Below are positions 30,272 to 40,257 of a DNA stretch of 55,905 nucleotides, one piece after another. Every line of letters begins with the position of its first letter. The stretch's first letter is position 1. The notes beneath the pieces are model-generated. The model was given only the letters and a program-made list of their open reading frames with translations, was not told the DNA's origin and ran no database searches. The DNA comes from an uncultured Roseovarius sp. (GTDB lineage Bacteria > Pseudomonadota > Alphaproteobacteria > Rhodobacterales > Rhodobacteraceae), in the NCBI GenBank assembly GCA_964655135.1, contig CAZZKL010000002.1, forward strand, positions 1 through 55,905, in the 5' to 3' direction. A program made the position numbers and the translations under genes.

Positions 30272-31903
30272 TTGAAACAAGCATTACTGGCAGCTTTTGC
30301 CAACCGTCCGGGTATGCCCAACCTGAAACAATCGGGTGAGGATGGCCTGAACCCGGCCCAAATGGGCATTGAACTGCTGGCCGGTCTGACCGTGGCACTG
30401 GCGCTGGTGCCCGAGGCCGTGGCCTTTGCCTTTGTCGCCGGGGTGCATCCTTTGGTGGGGCTTTACGCGGCTTTCATGGTTGGGCTGATTACCGCACTTA
30501 TCGGCGGTCGTCCGGGGATGATTTCCGGTGCCACCGGCGCTTTGGCGGTGGTGATGGTGGCCTTGGTCGCCCAGCACGGCGTTGAATATCTTTTTGCCAC
30601 CGTGGTGCTGATGGGCCTGATGCAAATCACCGCCGGAGTGATGCGCTGGGGCAAGTTTATCCGGCTGGTGCCGCATCCGGTGATGCTGGGCTTTGTTAAC
30701 GGGCTGGCGATTGTGATTTTTCTGGCGCAACTGGGGCAGTTCAAAGTGCCGGGCAGCATGCAAAATTCCGGTCATGGCCTCATGGGCGGTGACTGGCTCA
30801 GCGGGCCGGCGATGTACACCATGTTGGGCCTTGTGGCGCTAACCATGGCGATCATCTGGATAATGCCGAGGTTGACAAAGGTCATCCCCGCGCCGCTTGT
30901 GGGCATTGGCGTGGTGGCCGGGCTGGTGATATTCGCGGGGCTTGATGTGCCGCGTGTCGGCGATCTGGCCTCAATCAAAGGCGGCTTGCCTGCGTTTCAC
31001 CTGCCAATGGTGCCGCTCAATCTGGCGACGCTTGAGATCATCCTGCCCTACGCGGTGATCCTTGCGGCGATTGGCCTGATTGAGAGCCTGCTAACGCTCA
31101 ATCTGGTGGGTGAGATGACCGGCAAACGCGGCGGCGCCAGTCAAGAATGCATCGCTCAGGGCGTGGCCAACACCGTCACCGGGTTCTTTGGTGGCATGGG
31201 TGGCTGCGCGATGATCGGGCAGTCAATCATCAACGTGAAATCCGGCGGGCGCACGCGGCTTGCGGGCATTGTCGCAGCGCTGTTTTTGCTGATCTTCATC
31301 CTCTTTGCCTCGCCCCTGATTGAACAGATACCCCTCGCGGCTTTGGTCGGCGTGATGTTCATGGTAGTGATCGGCACATTCGCATGGAACTCATTGACAA
31401 TCCTACGAAAAGTCCCGTTCAACGACGCCGCCGTGATCGTGCTGGTAACGATTGTAACGGTGAAATATGATCTGGCAACGGCGGTGGTTGTGGGGGTGAT
31501 TGTCTCGGCCCTCAGCTATGCCTGGAGCAACGCCACCCGCATCCATGCGCAGATCGACGAAAGCATTGAGGGCCGCAAAGTATACCGCGTGAACGGCCCG
31601 CTTTTCTTTGGCTCTGCCGAGGGATTTGCCGAGTTATTCGATCCCAAAGGCGACCCTGAAAGCGTGATCGTTGATTTTAAGGAAAGCCGCGTGGCGGACC
31701 AATCCGCTTTGCAGGCGATTGAGGCCATCGCCGCGCAATATCAGGCCGCTGGCAAAAAGCTGCAACTGCGGCATCTCAGCCGCGATTGCCACAAATTACT
31801 GACCAAAGCCGGGCATCTGGTGGTCGATAGCGACGATGATCCCGACTATGAGATTGCGGTGGATTATTCAGTCAAAACCGGCATTCTTGGCGGCGGGCAT
31901 TAG
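30272..31903 (+). CDS. SulP (SLC26) family anion transporter with STAS domain
   Basis: LVPEAVAFA, GRPGMISGATGA, GGCAMIGQS, GPLFFGS; TTG start uncertain. Confidence 0.9.
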   Translation: MKQALLAAFANRPGMPNLKQSGEDGLNPAQMGIELLAGLTVALALVPEAVAFAFVAGVHPLVGLYAAFMVGLITALIGGRPGMISGATGALAVVMVALVAQHGVEYLFATVVLMGLMQITAGVMRWGKFIRLVPHPVMLGFVNGLAIVIFLAQLGQFKVPGSMQNSGHGLMGGDWLSGPAMYTMLGLVALTMAIIWIMPRLTKVIPAPLVGIGVVAGLVIFAGLDVPRVGDLASIKGGLPAFHLPMVPLNLATLEIILPYAVILAAIGLIESLLTLNLVGEMTGKRGGASQECIAQGVANTVTGFFGGMGGCAMIGQSIINVKSGGRTRLAGIVAALFLLIFILFASPLIEQIPLAALVGVMFMVVIGTFAWNSLTILRKVPFNDAAVIVLVTIVTVKYDLATAVVVGVIVSALSYAWSNATRIHAQIDESIEGRKVYRVNGPLFFGSAEGFAELFDPKGDPESVIVDFKESRVADQSALQAIEAIAAQYQAAGKKLQLRHLSRDCHKLLTKAGHLVVDSDDDPDYEIAVDYSVKTGILGGGH

Positions 31904-31906
31904 GCG

Positions 31907-32518
31907 CTATTCCCCCGGCCGTTTCATACTGAATTGCTCACGGACCACCGCATAATCCTGATACCCCATCCGCGCCAGCGGCTGGTAGCGGGTGATGTCA
32001 AACATCCCCTCCACCAGACAATCCTCACGCATATGCACGCCGATAACTTCCCCAAAAACCACGAAATTGGCCTCACCGGGCAGGCGTGTGATCTGGGTCA
32101 GTTTGCATTCAAGCGCCGCCGGAGCCGCCGCCACACGGGCGCAATCAATCGTCTCGCAGGCGGCTTTTTCCAGCTTGGCAAAATCAAACTCATCCACCTC
32201 CCGGCCCCAAGGCCCGGCGGTTTGGTTCATCGCCTCGCGCAGGGCATATTCAACCACATTGACGCAAAACACGCGCGATTCGCGGATGTTGGCGACGCTG
32301 TCTTTGGTGCCGTCCCGGTCGGGCTTGGAAGCGGTTGAGGCGAACATCACCTGCGGCGGCTCATAGGCCACGGCATTGAAGAAGGAATAGGGCGCGAGGT
32401 TGTCCACGCCGTCCTTTCCGCGCGTGGAAATCCAGCCGATAGGCCGGGGCGTGACAATGGCGTTGAACGGATTATGCGGCAGGCCGTGGCCGTTTTCAGG
32501 TTGATAAAACATGCGCAC
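31907..32518 (-). CDS. Flavin reductase-like family protein
   Basis: PRPIGWIST, NLAPYSFFN, KDSVANI, PLARMG. Confidence 0.88.
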   Translation of the reverse strand: MRMFYQPENGHGLPHNPFNAIVTPRPIGWISTRGKDGVDNLAPYSFFNAVAYEPPQVMFASTASKPDRDGTKDSVANIRESRVFCVNVVEYALREAMNQTAGPWGREVDEFDFAKLEKAACETIDCARVAAAPAALECKLTQITRLPGEANFVVFGEVIGVHMREDCLVEGMFDITRYQPLARMGYQDYAVVREQFSMKRPGE

Positions 32519-32592
32519 CTCAGTTTACTGATTTGAACCAGACTTAGCGCCGTGTTACGCGCAAGGCCACCTGAAAACGCAAGGATTTTCAC

Positions 32593-33078
32593 TTGTTTAA
32601 CCTGCGGCCCGAGATAAACCACGACTGGTGGGAGGTTGAGGCGCTTTATGACCTCTGTTTCGCGCCGGGGCGTGAGGCTTTGTCGTCTTACCGGCTGCGC
32701 GACGGGATTGACCCGGTGGCGGGGCTCAGCCTGACGGCGCGCGATGCGCAGGGCATTCTGGCGGGCGCAATCCGCTATTGGCCGGTGCGGGTGGGCCGGG
32801 CTGAGGCGCTGCTGCTTGGCCCGGTTGCCGTGCACCCCACAAGGCAGGGCGAGGGCCTGGGCGGGTTTTTGATCCGCGAAAGCCTGTATCTTGCGGTGGA
32901 TCAGGGCCATGCAAGGGTCATTCTGGTGGGGGACGCGCCCTATTATGGCCGCTTTGGATTTGCCCGGCTGGAGGGCGTTGAAATGCCGCCCCCCACCAAT
33001 CCGGACCGGGTGCTGGGGTATGAGCTGATTGCGGGCTCTTGGGCGGGTGTCACCGGTAAAGTTGGCCGCTGTGCTTGA
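32593..33078 (+). CDS. GNAT family N-acetyltransferase
   Basis: LGPVAVHPTRQGEGLG, LVGDAPYYGRFGF. Confidence 0.88.
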   Translation: MFNLRPEINHDWWEVEALYDLCFAPGREALSSYRLRDGIDPVAGLSLTARDAQGILAGAIRYWPVRVGRAEALLLGPVAVHPTRQGEGLGGFLIRESLYLAVDQGHARVILVGDAPYYGRFGFARLEGVEMPPPTNPDRVLGYELIAGSWAGVTGKVGRCA

Positions 33079-33114
33079 AAATGCGGGTATGAACGCCGAT
33101 TTTTGTAAGGATAG

Positions 33115-33900
33115 ATGAGGAAACCCATGGAAATTCTGGCCGCCCCGATTGATGAGACCGCGATTGAAACCCGACTGAACGCCTTGGCACAGCGCCATGC
33201 GCGCGCGGGCAATGCGGCGATTGGGCTGCTTAACCTGCTGGGCAGTCAGGCCGAGGGGCTGCTGGATCGTTTGCCGGAAGGCATCCGTGAGCGCCTTGGC
33301 GAGGGCACGGAACAGGCATTAAAACTGGCAATGCAGGCGGCGCAACGCTCGCGCGATGTGGTGGGGGAACAGCCCGGCTGGATCACCCGCGCGGTGACCA
33401 CGGCGATGGGCGCGGTGGGCGGCTTTGGCGGGTTGCCAAGTGCCTTGGCCGAGCTGCCGATCACCACCACCATTTTGCTGCGTGCAATACAGGATGTGGC
33501 GGTGGAACATGGCTTTGATCCGGCTGAGCCGGGGGTGCAGTTTGATTGCATTCAGGTGTTTGCCTCGGCCGGGCCTCTGGACGATGACGATGGCGCGGAT
33601 CTGGCATTTCTAAGTACCCGCGTGGCCGTGACCGGTGCCACGTTGCAGGCGCTGATTGCCCGGGTGGCGCCGCGCCTGGCTACGGTTCTGGGGCAGAAAC
33701 TGGCGGCGCAGGCGGTGCCGGTGCTGGGCGCGGGCGCGGGGATGGTGGCGAATTATGCCTATACCAGCTATTACCAGCAAATGGCGCAGGTGCATTTTGG
33801 CCTGCGGCGGCTGGCGATTGAGGCCGACCGCGATCATGGTGATCTGGTCGAGGATTTTCGCAAACGTGTCAGGAAATCGTCGACATCAACAACGCTGTAG
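33115..33900 (+). CDS. EcsC family protein
   Basis: GAVGGFGG...ELPITTTILLRAI, AQAVPVLGAGAG. Confidence 0.8.
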   Translation: MRKPMEILAAPIDETAIETRLNALAQRHARAGNAAIGLLNLLGSQAEGLLDRLPEGIRERLGEGTEQALKLAMQAAQRSRDVVGEQPGWITRAVTTAMGAVGGFGGLPSALAELPITTTILLRAIQDVAVEHGFDPAEPGVQFDCIQVFASAGPLDDDDGADLAFLSTRVAVTGATLQALIARVAPRLATVLGQKLAAQAVPVLGAGAGMVANYAYTSYYQQMAQVHFGLRRLAIEADRDHGDLVEDFRKRVRKSSTSTTL

Positions 33901-33952
33901 GGTGGGTGAAACCCACCCTCCTTTGGGTAGTGGTGGGTTTCACCCACCCTAC
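33897..33952. repeat. Inverted GTAG-REP doublet (REPIN), copy 2
   Basis: The same 21-mer (33897-33917) and its reverse complement (33932-33952); the spacer differs from copy 1. Confidence 0.9.
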
Positions 33953-36192
33953 AATTTACCGCGCAGGTAGTCCATTACCGCGGGCCGCACCGACTGATCG
34001 CCGCGTTCGCGGGCACCGTGGATGACCGTGCGCATTTCCGCCAGATCAATCCGCCGCAGGATGCTTTTGACCGGCCCGATTGAGGCCGGGCGCATGGATA
34101 GTACCCGCAGGCCCATGGCCGCAAGACAGGCGGCTTCAACCGGCCGACCCGCGTCTTCGCCACAAAACGAAAGCGGCGTGCCCAATTTAACGCAGCGCGT
34201 GACGATGCCTTCAAGGAAGGTCAGGAAGCTGACATTGAGGGTGTCATAGCGTTTGCGCACCCGCTCATTTTCGCGGTCCGCCGCAAAGAAAAACTGTTTG
34301 AGATCATTGCCGCCAATCGACAAAAAACCAACCTCTTCATAAAAACTGTCTGGCGCAAAGGCCAATGAGGGCGTCTCAAGCATCGCCCCGATGTCAAGTT
34401 TCTCCGGCAGGGGATGGCCCAGAATACGCTCGCGCTCCATTGCCTTGTCCATCTCGGCGCAGGCGGCGGAATATTCCTCGCGCTGGGCCACAAACGGGAA
34501 CATCACCCGCAAGGGCCGCCCCTTGGCCGCGCGGATCAGCGCCTGAAGTTGCATCCGCATGATCCCCGGCTTGTCCAGCCCCACGCGCACCGCCCGCCAG
34601 CCAAGCGCCGGGTTTGGCTCATCATTGGGTTTCATATAAGGCAGCACTTTATCTGACCCAATATCAAGCGTGCGAAACGTCACCTGCTTGTCGCCCGCCG
34701 CATCCATCACCTTGGCATATAACCCGCTTAGCTCGGCGCGTTTGGGCATGTGGCTGCGGATCAGAAATTGCAGCTCGGTCCTGAACAGCCCAACCCCATC
34801 GGCACCTGAGCCCACAAGGCTGGGCAGATCGGCCATCAGCCCGGCGTTCATTTGCAGGGTGATCACCTCCCCATCCAGGGTTTGCGCGGGTTTTTTGCGG
34901 ATCGAGGCATAGCGCTCCTGCGCCTTTTCCTGCATCGCCATCTTATCGCGAAAGGCGGTGATCACGGTATCGTCCGGGCGCAGATGGGCGATGCCCTGAT
35001 CGCCGTCCAGCAGGATATAATCGCCGTTCAGGGCCTCGGTGGTGATCCGTTCTGCGTGTATGATCAACGGGATAGCAAGCGCGCGCGCCACAATTACCGC
35101 GTGTGATCCGACCGAGCCTTCCTCAAGCACGATTCCGCGCAGGCTGCGGCCATAATCCAGCAACTCAGCCGGGCCAATATTACGCGCGATCAGCACTGGA
35201 TCAGCAGGCATTTCCGCGCCGGTCTGGGTGCCCTGACCGGTGAGAATACGCAACAGGCGATTGGAAAGATCATCCAGATCATGCAGCCGCTCGCGCAAAT
35301 ACGCATCGGTTACCTGCTCCATGCGGGCGCGGGCGATGGATTGCTCTTTTTCAACCGCGGCCTCGGCCGAAAGCCCCCGGTTAATATCGGCCTGCATCCG
35401 CGTCATCCAGCCTTTGGAATTGGCAAACATCCGGTAAGCTTCGAGCACCTCAAGCTGTTCTTTATCGCCGGTGGCGGCGGATGAAAGCATCTGATCGACG
35501 CCAACACGCAGCTCTTCCACCGCCTCATACAGGCGTTCCAACTCGCGCTCAGGGTCATCGGCGAAGGGGTTGGTGATCACCACCCTCGGCTCGTGCAGCC
35601 AAACATGGCCTTGTGAGGCCCCCTCCTGTCCGGTGCCGCCGCGAAACAGCACCGGCTGCTGGTGGCGGGCCGACATCGCCGCACCCTCGCCAATGAAAAT
35701 GCCCAGCTCGGCCATTTCCGCCAGCACCATGGCGACCACCTCAAGGGCGATCACCTCATCATCCTCAAAAATCCGCGGGTCTTTTGATTGCACCACCAGC
35801 ACGCCGAGCTTTTCACCCAGCCGCTGCACCGGTACGCCCAGAAACGATGAATACGCCTCCTCGCTGGTTTCCGGCATGAAACGAAAGCCGCGCGTATGCG
35901 GCGCGTCATCGGTATTTACCACCTTGCCAGTGCGCGCCACCCGGCCAACCAGCCCTTCACCAAGGCGCATCCGGGTCTGGTGAACCGCCTCAGGGTTAAG
36001 GCCCTCGGTGGCGCACAGCTCAAGCGTTTCCTCATCGCGAAACAGGTAAATCGAGCACACCTCGGCGCGCATTTCACCGGCAATCAGCCCGGTGATCTGA
36101 TCAAGCCGCGCCTGACCCTCGGCATCCTGCGCCATCACCTCACGCAGGTTTGCCAGCATCTTTACGCTGTTGGTTTTAAACTCTTTTTTCAT
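33949..36192 (-). CDS. ptsP: Phosphoenolpyruvate-protein phosphotransferase EI-Ntr (GAF plus enzyme I)
   Basis: N-terminal GAF domain (VCSIYL, GEGLVG), GSHAVIVARAL, GLFRTE, RTLDIGSDK. Confidence 0.95.
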   Translation of the reverse strand: MKKEFKTNSVKMLANLREVMAQDAEGQARLDQITGLIAGEMRAEVCSIYLFRDEETLELCATEGLNPEAVHQTRMRLGEGLVGRVARTGKVVNTDDAPHTRGFRFMPETSEEAYSSFLGVPVQRLGEKLGVLVVQSKDPRIFEDDEVIALEVVAMVLAEMAELGIFIGEGAAMSARHQQPVLFRGGTGQEGASQGHVWLHEPRVVITNPFADDPERELERLYEAVEELRVGVDQMLSSAATGDKEQLEVLEAYRMFANSKGWMTRMQADINRGLSAEAAVEKEQSIARARMEQVTDAYLRERLHDLDDLSNRLLRILTGQGTQTGAEMPADPVLIARNIGPAELLDYGRSLRGIVLEEGSVGSHAVIVARALAIPLIIHAERITTEALNGDYILLDGDQGIAHLRPDDTVITAFRDKMAMQEKAQERYASIRKKPAQTLDGEVITLQMNAGLMADLPSLVGSGADGVGLFRTELQFLIRSHMPKRAELSGLYAKVMDAAGDKQVTFRTLDIGSDKVLPYMKPNDEPNPALGWRAVRVGLDKPGIMRMQLQALIRAAKGRPLRVMFPFVAQREEYSAACAEMDKAMERERILGHPLPEKLDIGAMLETPSLAFAPDSFYEEVGFLSIGGNDLKQFFFAADRENERVRKRYDTLNVSFLTFLEGIVTRCVKLGTPLSFCGEDAGRPVEAACLAAMGLRVLSMRPASIGPVKSILRRIDLAEMRTVIHGARERGDQSVRPAVMDYLRGKL

Positions 36193-36259
36193 AGGTCGTG
36201 CAATTCCCGGGCCTGGCTAATTTATGCCCCATGATACCACATTCAAGGTATGCGTCACC

Positions 36260-37498
36260 TCAGGCGGCTTTTTCCAGCTCAAACGCATCATGCAATGCCT
36301 GCACCGCAAGTTCCATGTATTTCCGGTCGATCAGCACGGAAATTTTTATCTCGGAGGTTGCAATCACCTTGATATTCACCCCCTCATCGCTGAGGGTTTT
36401 GAACATTTTAGCGGCCACACCAGATTGGCTGCGCATTCCGATACCTACGGCGGATACCTTGGCCACATCCATATCCGCCACCAGATCGTGATAGTTAATC
36501 TCGCCGCTTTCCTTGGCCTCGTTCAGGGCCTTTTCGGCGCGTTTCACCTGATCGGTGGGGCAGGAAAATGTCATATCGGTGCGGCCTTCTTCGGCGATGT
36601 TTTGGATGATCATATCCACATTCACCCCGGCCTCACTGAGTGGGACAAAAATCGCGGCGGCGATGCCGGGGCGGTCGGCCACCGAAATAAGCGTCATCTT
36701 GGCCTCATCACGCGAATAGGCAATGCCAGCGACAATATTTGATTCCATGATTTCCTCCTCGGCGCAGACAAGCGTGCCCGCATTGTCCGATTGTTCCTCA
36801 AAGCTGCTGAGAACGCGCAGCCGCACATTATACCGCATCGCCAGCTCAACCGAGCGGGTTTGCAGCACTTTCGCCCCCAAAGATGCCAGCTCAAGCATCT
36901 CTTCAAAGGCAATTTTATCCAGCTTCCGGGCTTTCGAGGCAATCCTCGGGTCAGTGGTATAAACCCCGTCCACATCGGTATAAATATCGCATCTCTCGGC
37001 CCCGAACGCGGCAGCAAAAGCCACCGCCGTGGTGTCTGATCCGCCGCGTCCAAGGGTGGTGATCCGGCCCTCGGGGCTAACGCCTTGAAAGCCGGCCACC
37101 ACGGCCACGCGCATACCCTCGTCAAATTTGGTGTTGATATTGTCGGTGGGGATTTCCTCAATCCGCGCGGCGGAATGGGCCGAGGTGGTTTTCAGCGGCA
37201 CCTGCCAGCCTTGCCAACTGCGCGCGGGCACGTCCATTTCCTGCAACGTCAAGGCCATCAGCCCGGCGGTCACCGCCTCGCCCGAACTGACCACGGCGTC
37301 ATATTCGCGGGCGTCAAACAGCGGCGAGGTTTCATTGACCCAACTGACAAGTTCGTTGGTTTTGCCCGACATCGCGCTGACGATGACAATCACATCATAG
37401 CCCTTGGATACCTCAACCCCCACGCGCTTGGCGGCGCGGCGGATACGGTCGGGGGTGGCCACGGAGGTGCCGCCAAATTTCATCACCAGAACGGGCAT
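36260..37498 (-). CDS. lysC: Aspartate kinase
   Basis: MKFGGTS, TTLGRGGSD, DVDGVYTTDPR, two ACT domains. Confidence 0.95.
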   Translation of the reverse strand: MPVLVMKFGGTSVATPDRIRRAAKRVGVEVSKGYDVIVIVSAMSGKTNELVSWVNETSPLFDAREYDAVVSSGEAVTAGLMALTLQEMDVPARSWQGWQVPLKTTSAHSAARIEEIPTDNINTKFDEGMRVAVVAGFQGVSPEGRITTLGRGGSDTTAVAFAAAFGAERCDIYTDVDGVYTTDPRIASKARKLDKIAFEEMLELASLGAKVLQTRSVELAMRYNVRLRVLSSFEEQSDNAGTLVCAEEEIMESNIVAGIAYSRDEAKMTLISVADRPGIAAAIFVPLSEAGVNVDMIIQNIAEEGRTDMTFSCPTDQVKRAEKALNEAKESGEINYHDLVADMDVAKVSAVGIGMRSQSGVAAKMFKTLSDEGVNIKVIATSEIKISVLIDRKYMELAVQALHDAFELEKAA

Positions 37499-37680
37499 TG
37501 ATACGTCCTTGAGCCAGCTATCAGAGGCGGTTTAATCTGATCCCCCAAGCAGGGCAAGGGCCGGAAACTTCATTTGAGTGACGCGAATGTGACCCAATGA
37601 AGGCGAATAATATGCCAATCATGATGTTTATTGTACATCCCGGCCGTTTTGCCCGGGGCGAATGAACGAGGGAGGATGAG

Positions 37681-38277
37681 ATGAAGTTTCTTTTAACGAT
37701 AGCCACAGCTTTGATGGCGATGGCCACAGCCGCGATGGCGGAAACCTATGTTTTGGACCCGGGCCATACCGAGGTGCGGTTTTACTGGAACCACGCCGGG
37801 CTGACCAAGCAAAGCGGAGAATGGACGCAGGTTTCGGGCAGCATCGAATTTGACCGGGAAAATCCCGCTGCCACCAAAGCGGTGATTGAAATTGATGCCA
37901 ACAGCCTGCACACCGGGGTTGAGGATCTTGATGGGGTTCTGTCCAGCCCGGATTTCTTTGATGTTGAGACCTATCCAACCATCACATTCACCTCGACCAG
38001 TGCGGTGCAGACCGGGGCCGATACCATGCGGCTGATGGGGGACCTGAAGATCAAGGATACCACCGTTGAAGTGGCGCTGGATGTGACGCTGACATTTGAG
38101 GGCACGCACCCGCTTGGCGGGGCCATTCCCTATTACGAAGGCACATGGCTGGGGGTTGAGGCCACCAGCACACTCTTGCGGACAAATCACGCGGTTGGCC
38201 TTTATGCGCCGCTGGTCAGTGATGAGGTTTTGCTGGAAATTTCGGCCGAGATGCGCGCCGGGGGCTGGCCGGAATAG
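37681..38277 (+). CDS. YceI family periplasmic protein
   Basis: Signal peptide AMA-E; LDPGHTEVRF, DFFDVETYPTITFTST. Confidence 0.88.
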   Translation: MKFLLTIATALMAMATAAMAETYVLDPGHTEVRFYWNHAGLTKQSGEWTQVSGSIEFDRENPAATKAVIEIDANSLHTGVEDLDGVLSSPDFFDVETYPTITFTSTSAVQTGADTMRLMGDLKIKDTTVEVALDVTLTFEGTHPLGGAIPYYEGTWLGVEATSTLLRTNHAVGLYAPLVSDEVLLEISAEMRAGGWPE

Positions 38278-38310
38278 ACTGTTTTTAAAGGGATTTTCCG
38301 GCCCGGGGTG

Positions 38311-38754
38311 TCAGTTTGATTTTCGGGCCGGGACAAAAGGCAAGGGGGCCACGGGCACCCCGTCTTCGATCAGCTTGCGTGCATCTTCCGGGCGCGCCTC
38401 GCCGTAAATGGCGCGCTCAGGGGCCGTGCCATCATGCATCTCGCGCGCCTCACGGGCGAAATTCATCCCCACATATTCCGAGTTTTTCTCAACCTGCGCC
38501 TTCAATTCAGCCAAGGCTTTTTCCGTCGGGTTTTTCGGGGTGGTAAGCGATGTGTTTTCTTGTGGTTCCTCAGGGCTGCCCTCAGATTTCCCATCCCTGA
38601 TCCGGGGTGCCATCATCGCCTTTTCAACATCGGTTGAGCCGCAAATAGCACAGCTCACAAGCCCACGGGCCAGCAATTTATCAAACGCCTCCGCCGATTG
38701 GAACCAGCTATCAACCCTATGATCATCGGCGCATTTGATGGTGAACTGAATCAT
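38311..38754 (-). CDS. DUF1178 family protein
   Basis: C...H...WF, CAICGS, FAREAREMH, IYGEA. Confidence 0.82.
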   Translation of the reverse strand: MIQFTIKCADDHRVDSWFQSAEAFDKLLARGLVSCAICGSTDVEKAMMAPRIRDGKSEGSPEEPQENTSLTTPKNPTEKALAELKAQVEKNSEYVGMNFAREAREMHDGTAPERAIYGEARPEDARKLIEDGVPVAPLPFVPARKSN

Positions 38755-38823
38755 CGTCTAACCCATTACAAGATACCGGATATTTACGGTTAAATCCTTA
38801 AAATACAAGTAATTGTTTCAGAC

Positions 38824-39300
38824 TCAGGGTTGTAAAATATCCGGGTCAAACACCTGTAGAATATGCGCAAGCTCGGCCTCAGATACCTTTGACGCGGCTT
38901 TCTTGCGGCTGAACCACTTGCGTTTGCGTTGGCCACTTTCGGGGAATTTTTTCGTCAGTGACTTGACTTTCACCGGGTAAACCATTGCCACACATGGCAT
39001 TTCCCGTTTGGTATCAATATCCTTGTGATAGGAAAACAGCCCCAAAGAGCGCCCGGTGATCTTGCCTTTGACACCGGCCTCTTCCCAGGCTTCCGCAAGG
39101 GCACTTTCGCCCGGAGTTTTGCCATCCATCGGCCAGCCCTTGGGAATGATCCAGCGGCCCGATTGCCGGGCGGTGATCAGTAAGACCTGCACCTCATCTT
39201 TATGCATCCGATAACACAGCGCGGCAAACTGCGTGCGCACATCGCTTTTTGCGGCGTCCTGTAATTTGATCGGAGTTTGTTTGGTCTTTTGTAAGGTCAT
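38824..39300 (-). CDS. NUDIX hydrolase (DIPP/Nudt3-like pattern)
   Basis: QFAALCYR, VLLIT, WIIPKGW, EAWEEAGV, FPESGQRKRKW; ATG at 39300. Confidence 0.85.
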   Translation of the reverse strand: MTLQKTKQTPIKLQDAAKSDVRTQFAALCYRMHKDEVQVLLITARQSGRWIIPKGWPMDGKTPGESALAEAWEEAGVKGKITGRSLGLFSYHKDIDTKREMPCVAMVYPVKVKSLTKKFPESGQRKRKWFSRKKAASKVSEAELAHILQVFDPDILQP

Positions 39301-39504
39301 CAGGGTGTGCCTGCCGATTTCATCTTTCTGCTGCGCTGTCTCAACACCTTCATTAATATGATTAATTTTTAAATAAATACCAGTTCCATTTGAATTTACC
39401 CCGGTCGCGATCCTAAATCTAGTGGCGATATGGCGCAAACATGCCACATGTTGCGGCGTCATTTGGGCTTGCCCCGCCTGCCGCCCCCTGAAATAATTCG
39501 CCCC

Positions 39505-40257
39505 ATGAGAAATATTTTTCGCCTGCTGGCAATGGCTTATGCGCTGATTGTGACGCCCGGTATCGGCTGGGCCGGGCAGGGTATCACGGTTTTCGCCGCC
39601 GCGTCTTTGAAAAATGCGCTTGATGAGGTGGCCGCGGCCTATTCCGGCGATGTTGTGGTGTCCTATGGCGGCAGCGGATTGTTGGCGCGTCAGGTGGCGC
39701 AAGGGGCACCTGCGGACGTTGTTTTACTGGCAAATTCGGCCTGGATGGACTGGCTGCAGGAGCGCGGAGCGATCGAGGTTTCAAGCCGTCTGGATTTGTT
39801 GGGCAATACGCTGGTGCTGGTGGCCCCTCAGGGGGCGGATAAATTCGCTGAAATATCCGCCGCACGCCTCTTGAAAAGGCTTGAAGGCGGGCGGCTTGCG
39901 GTGGGCCAGACCAAGGGCGTACCAGCCGGGATATATGCCCGCCAGTGGCTTGAAAACAATGGGTTTTGGCCGATGTTACAACCGCATCTGGCCGAGACAG
40001 AAAACGTGCGCGCGGCGCTGGCATTGGTGTCACGCGGTGAGGCCCCGCTGGGGGTGGTTTATGGCAGCGATGCCATGGCCGATCCGGGGGTTACGATTGT
40101 GTATCAAATCCCGTCGGATCAGCATGATCGGATTACCTATCCGGTGGCCATACTGGCAGGCGGTGACGGGGCCGATTTTATGAATTTTCTTAAATCAAAT
40201 CAATCTCTTGAGATATTTTCCAAACACGGGTTTACCCCCCTTGGAGGTGGCCAGTGA
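39505..40257 (+). CDS. modA: Molybdate ABC transporter substrate-binding protein
   Basis: VFAAASL, GSGLLARQ, VPAGIYA, NVRAAL. Confidence 0.92.
   Translation: MRNIFRLLAMAYALIVTPGIGWAGQGITVFAAASLKNALDEVAAAYSGDVVVSYGGSGLLARQVAQGAPADVVLLANSAWMDWLQERGAIEVSSRLDLLGNTLVLVAPQGADKFAEISAARLLKRLEGGRLAVGQTKGVPAGIYARQWLENNGFWPMLQPHLAETENVRAALALVSRGEAPLGVVYGSDAMADPGVTIVYQIPSDQHDRITYPVAILAGGDGADFMNFLKSNQSLEIFSKHGFTPLGGGQ

Noticed and set aside
26405-33952. Identical 21-mers as CRISPR repeats or transposon ends
   Set aside because: They form local inverted doublets rather than a spaced direct array; no cas or transposase gene, and housekeeping genes lie between them.
38294-38338. Hairpin CCGGCCCG/CGGGCCGG between yceI and DUF1178 as a bidirectional terminator
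   Set aside because: Imperfect upper stem, one arm inside coding sequence and no clean U-tract; plausible but weak.
39340-39440. ModE/Mop box or CtrA site upstream of modA and the NUDIX gene
   Set aside because: AT-rich, but TTAA spacing and the palindrome do not fit either consensus.
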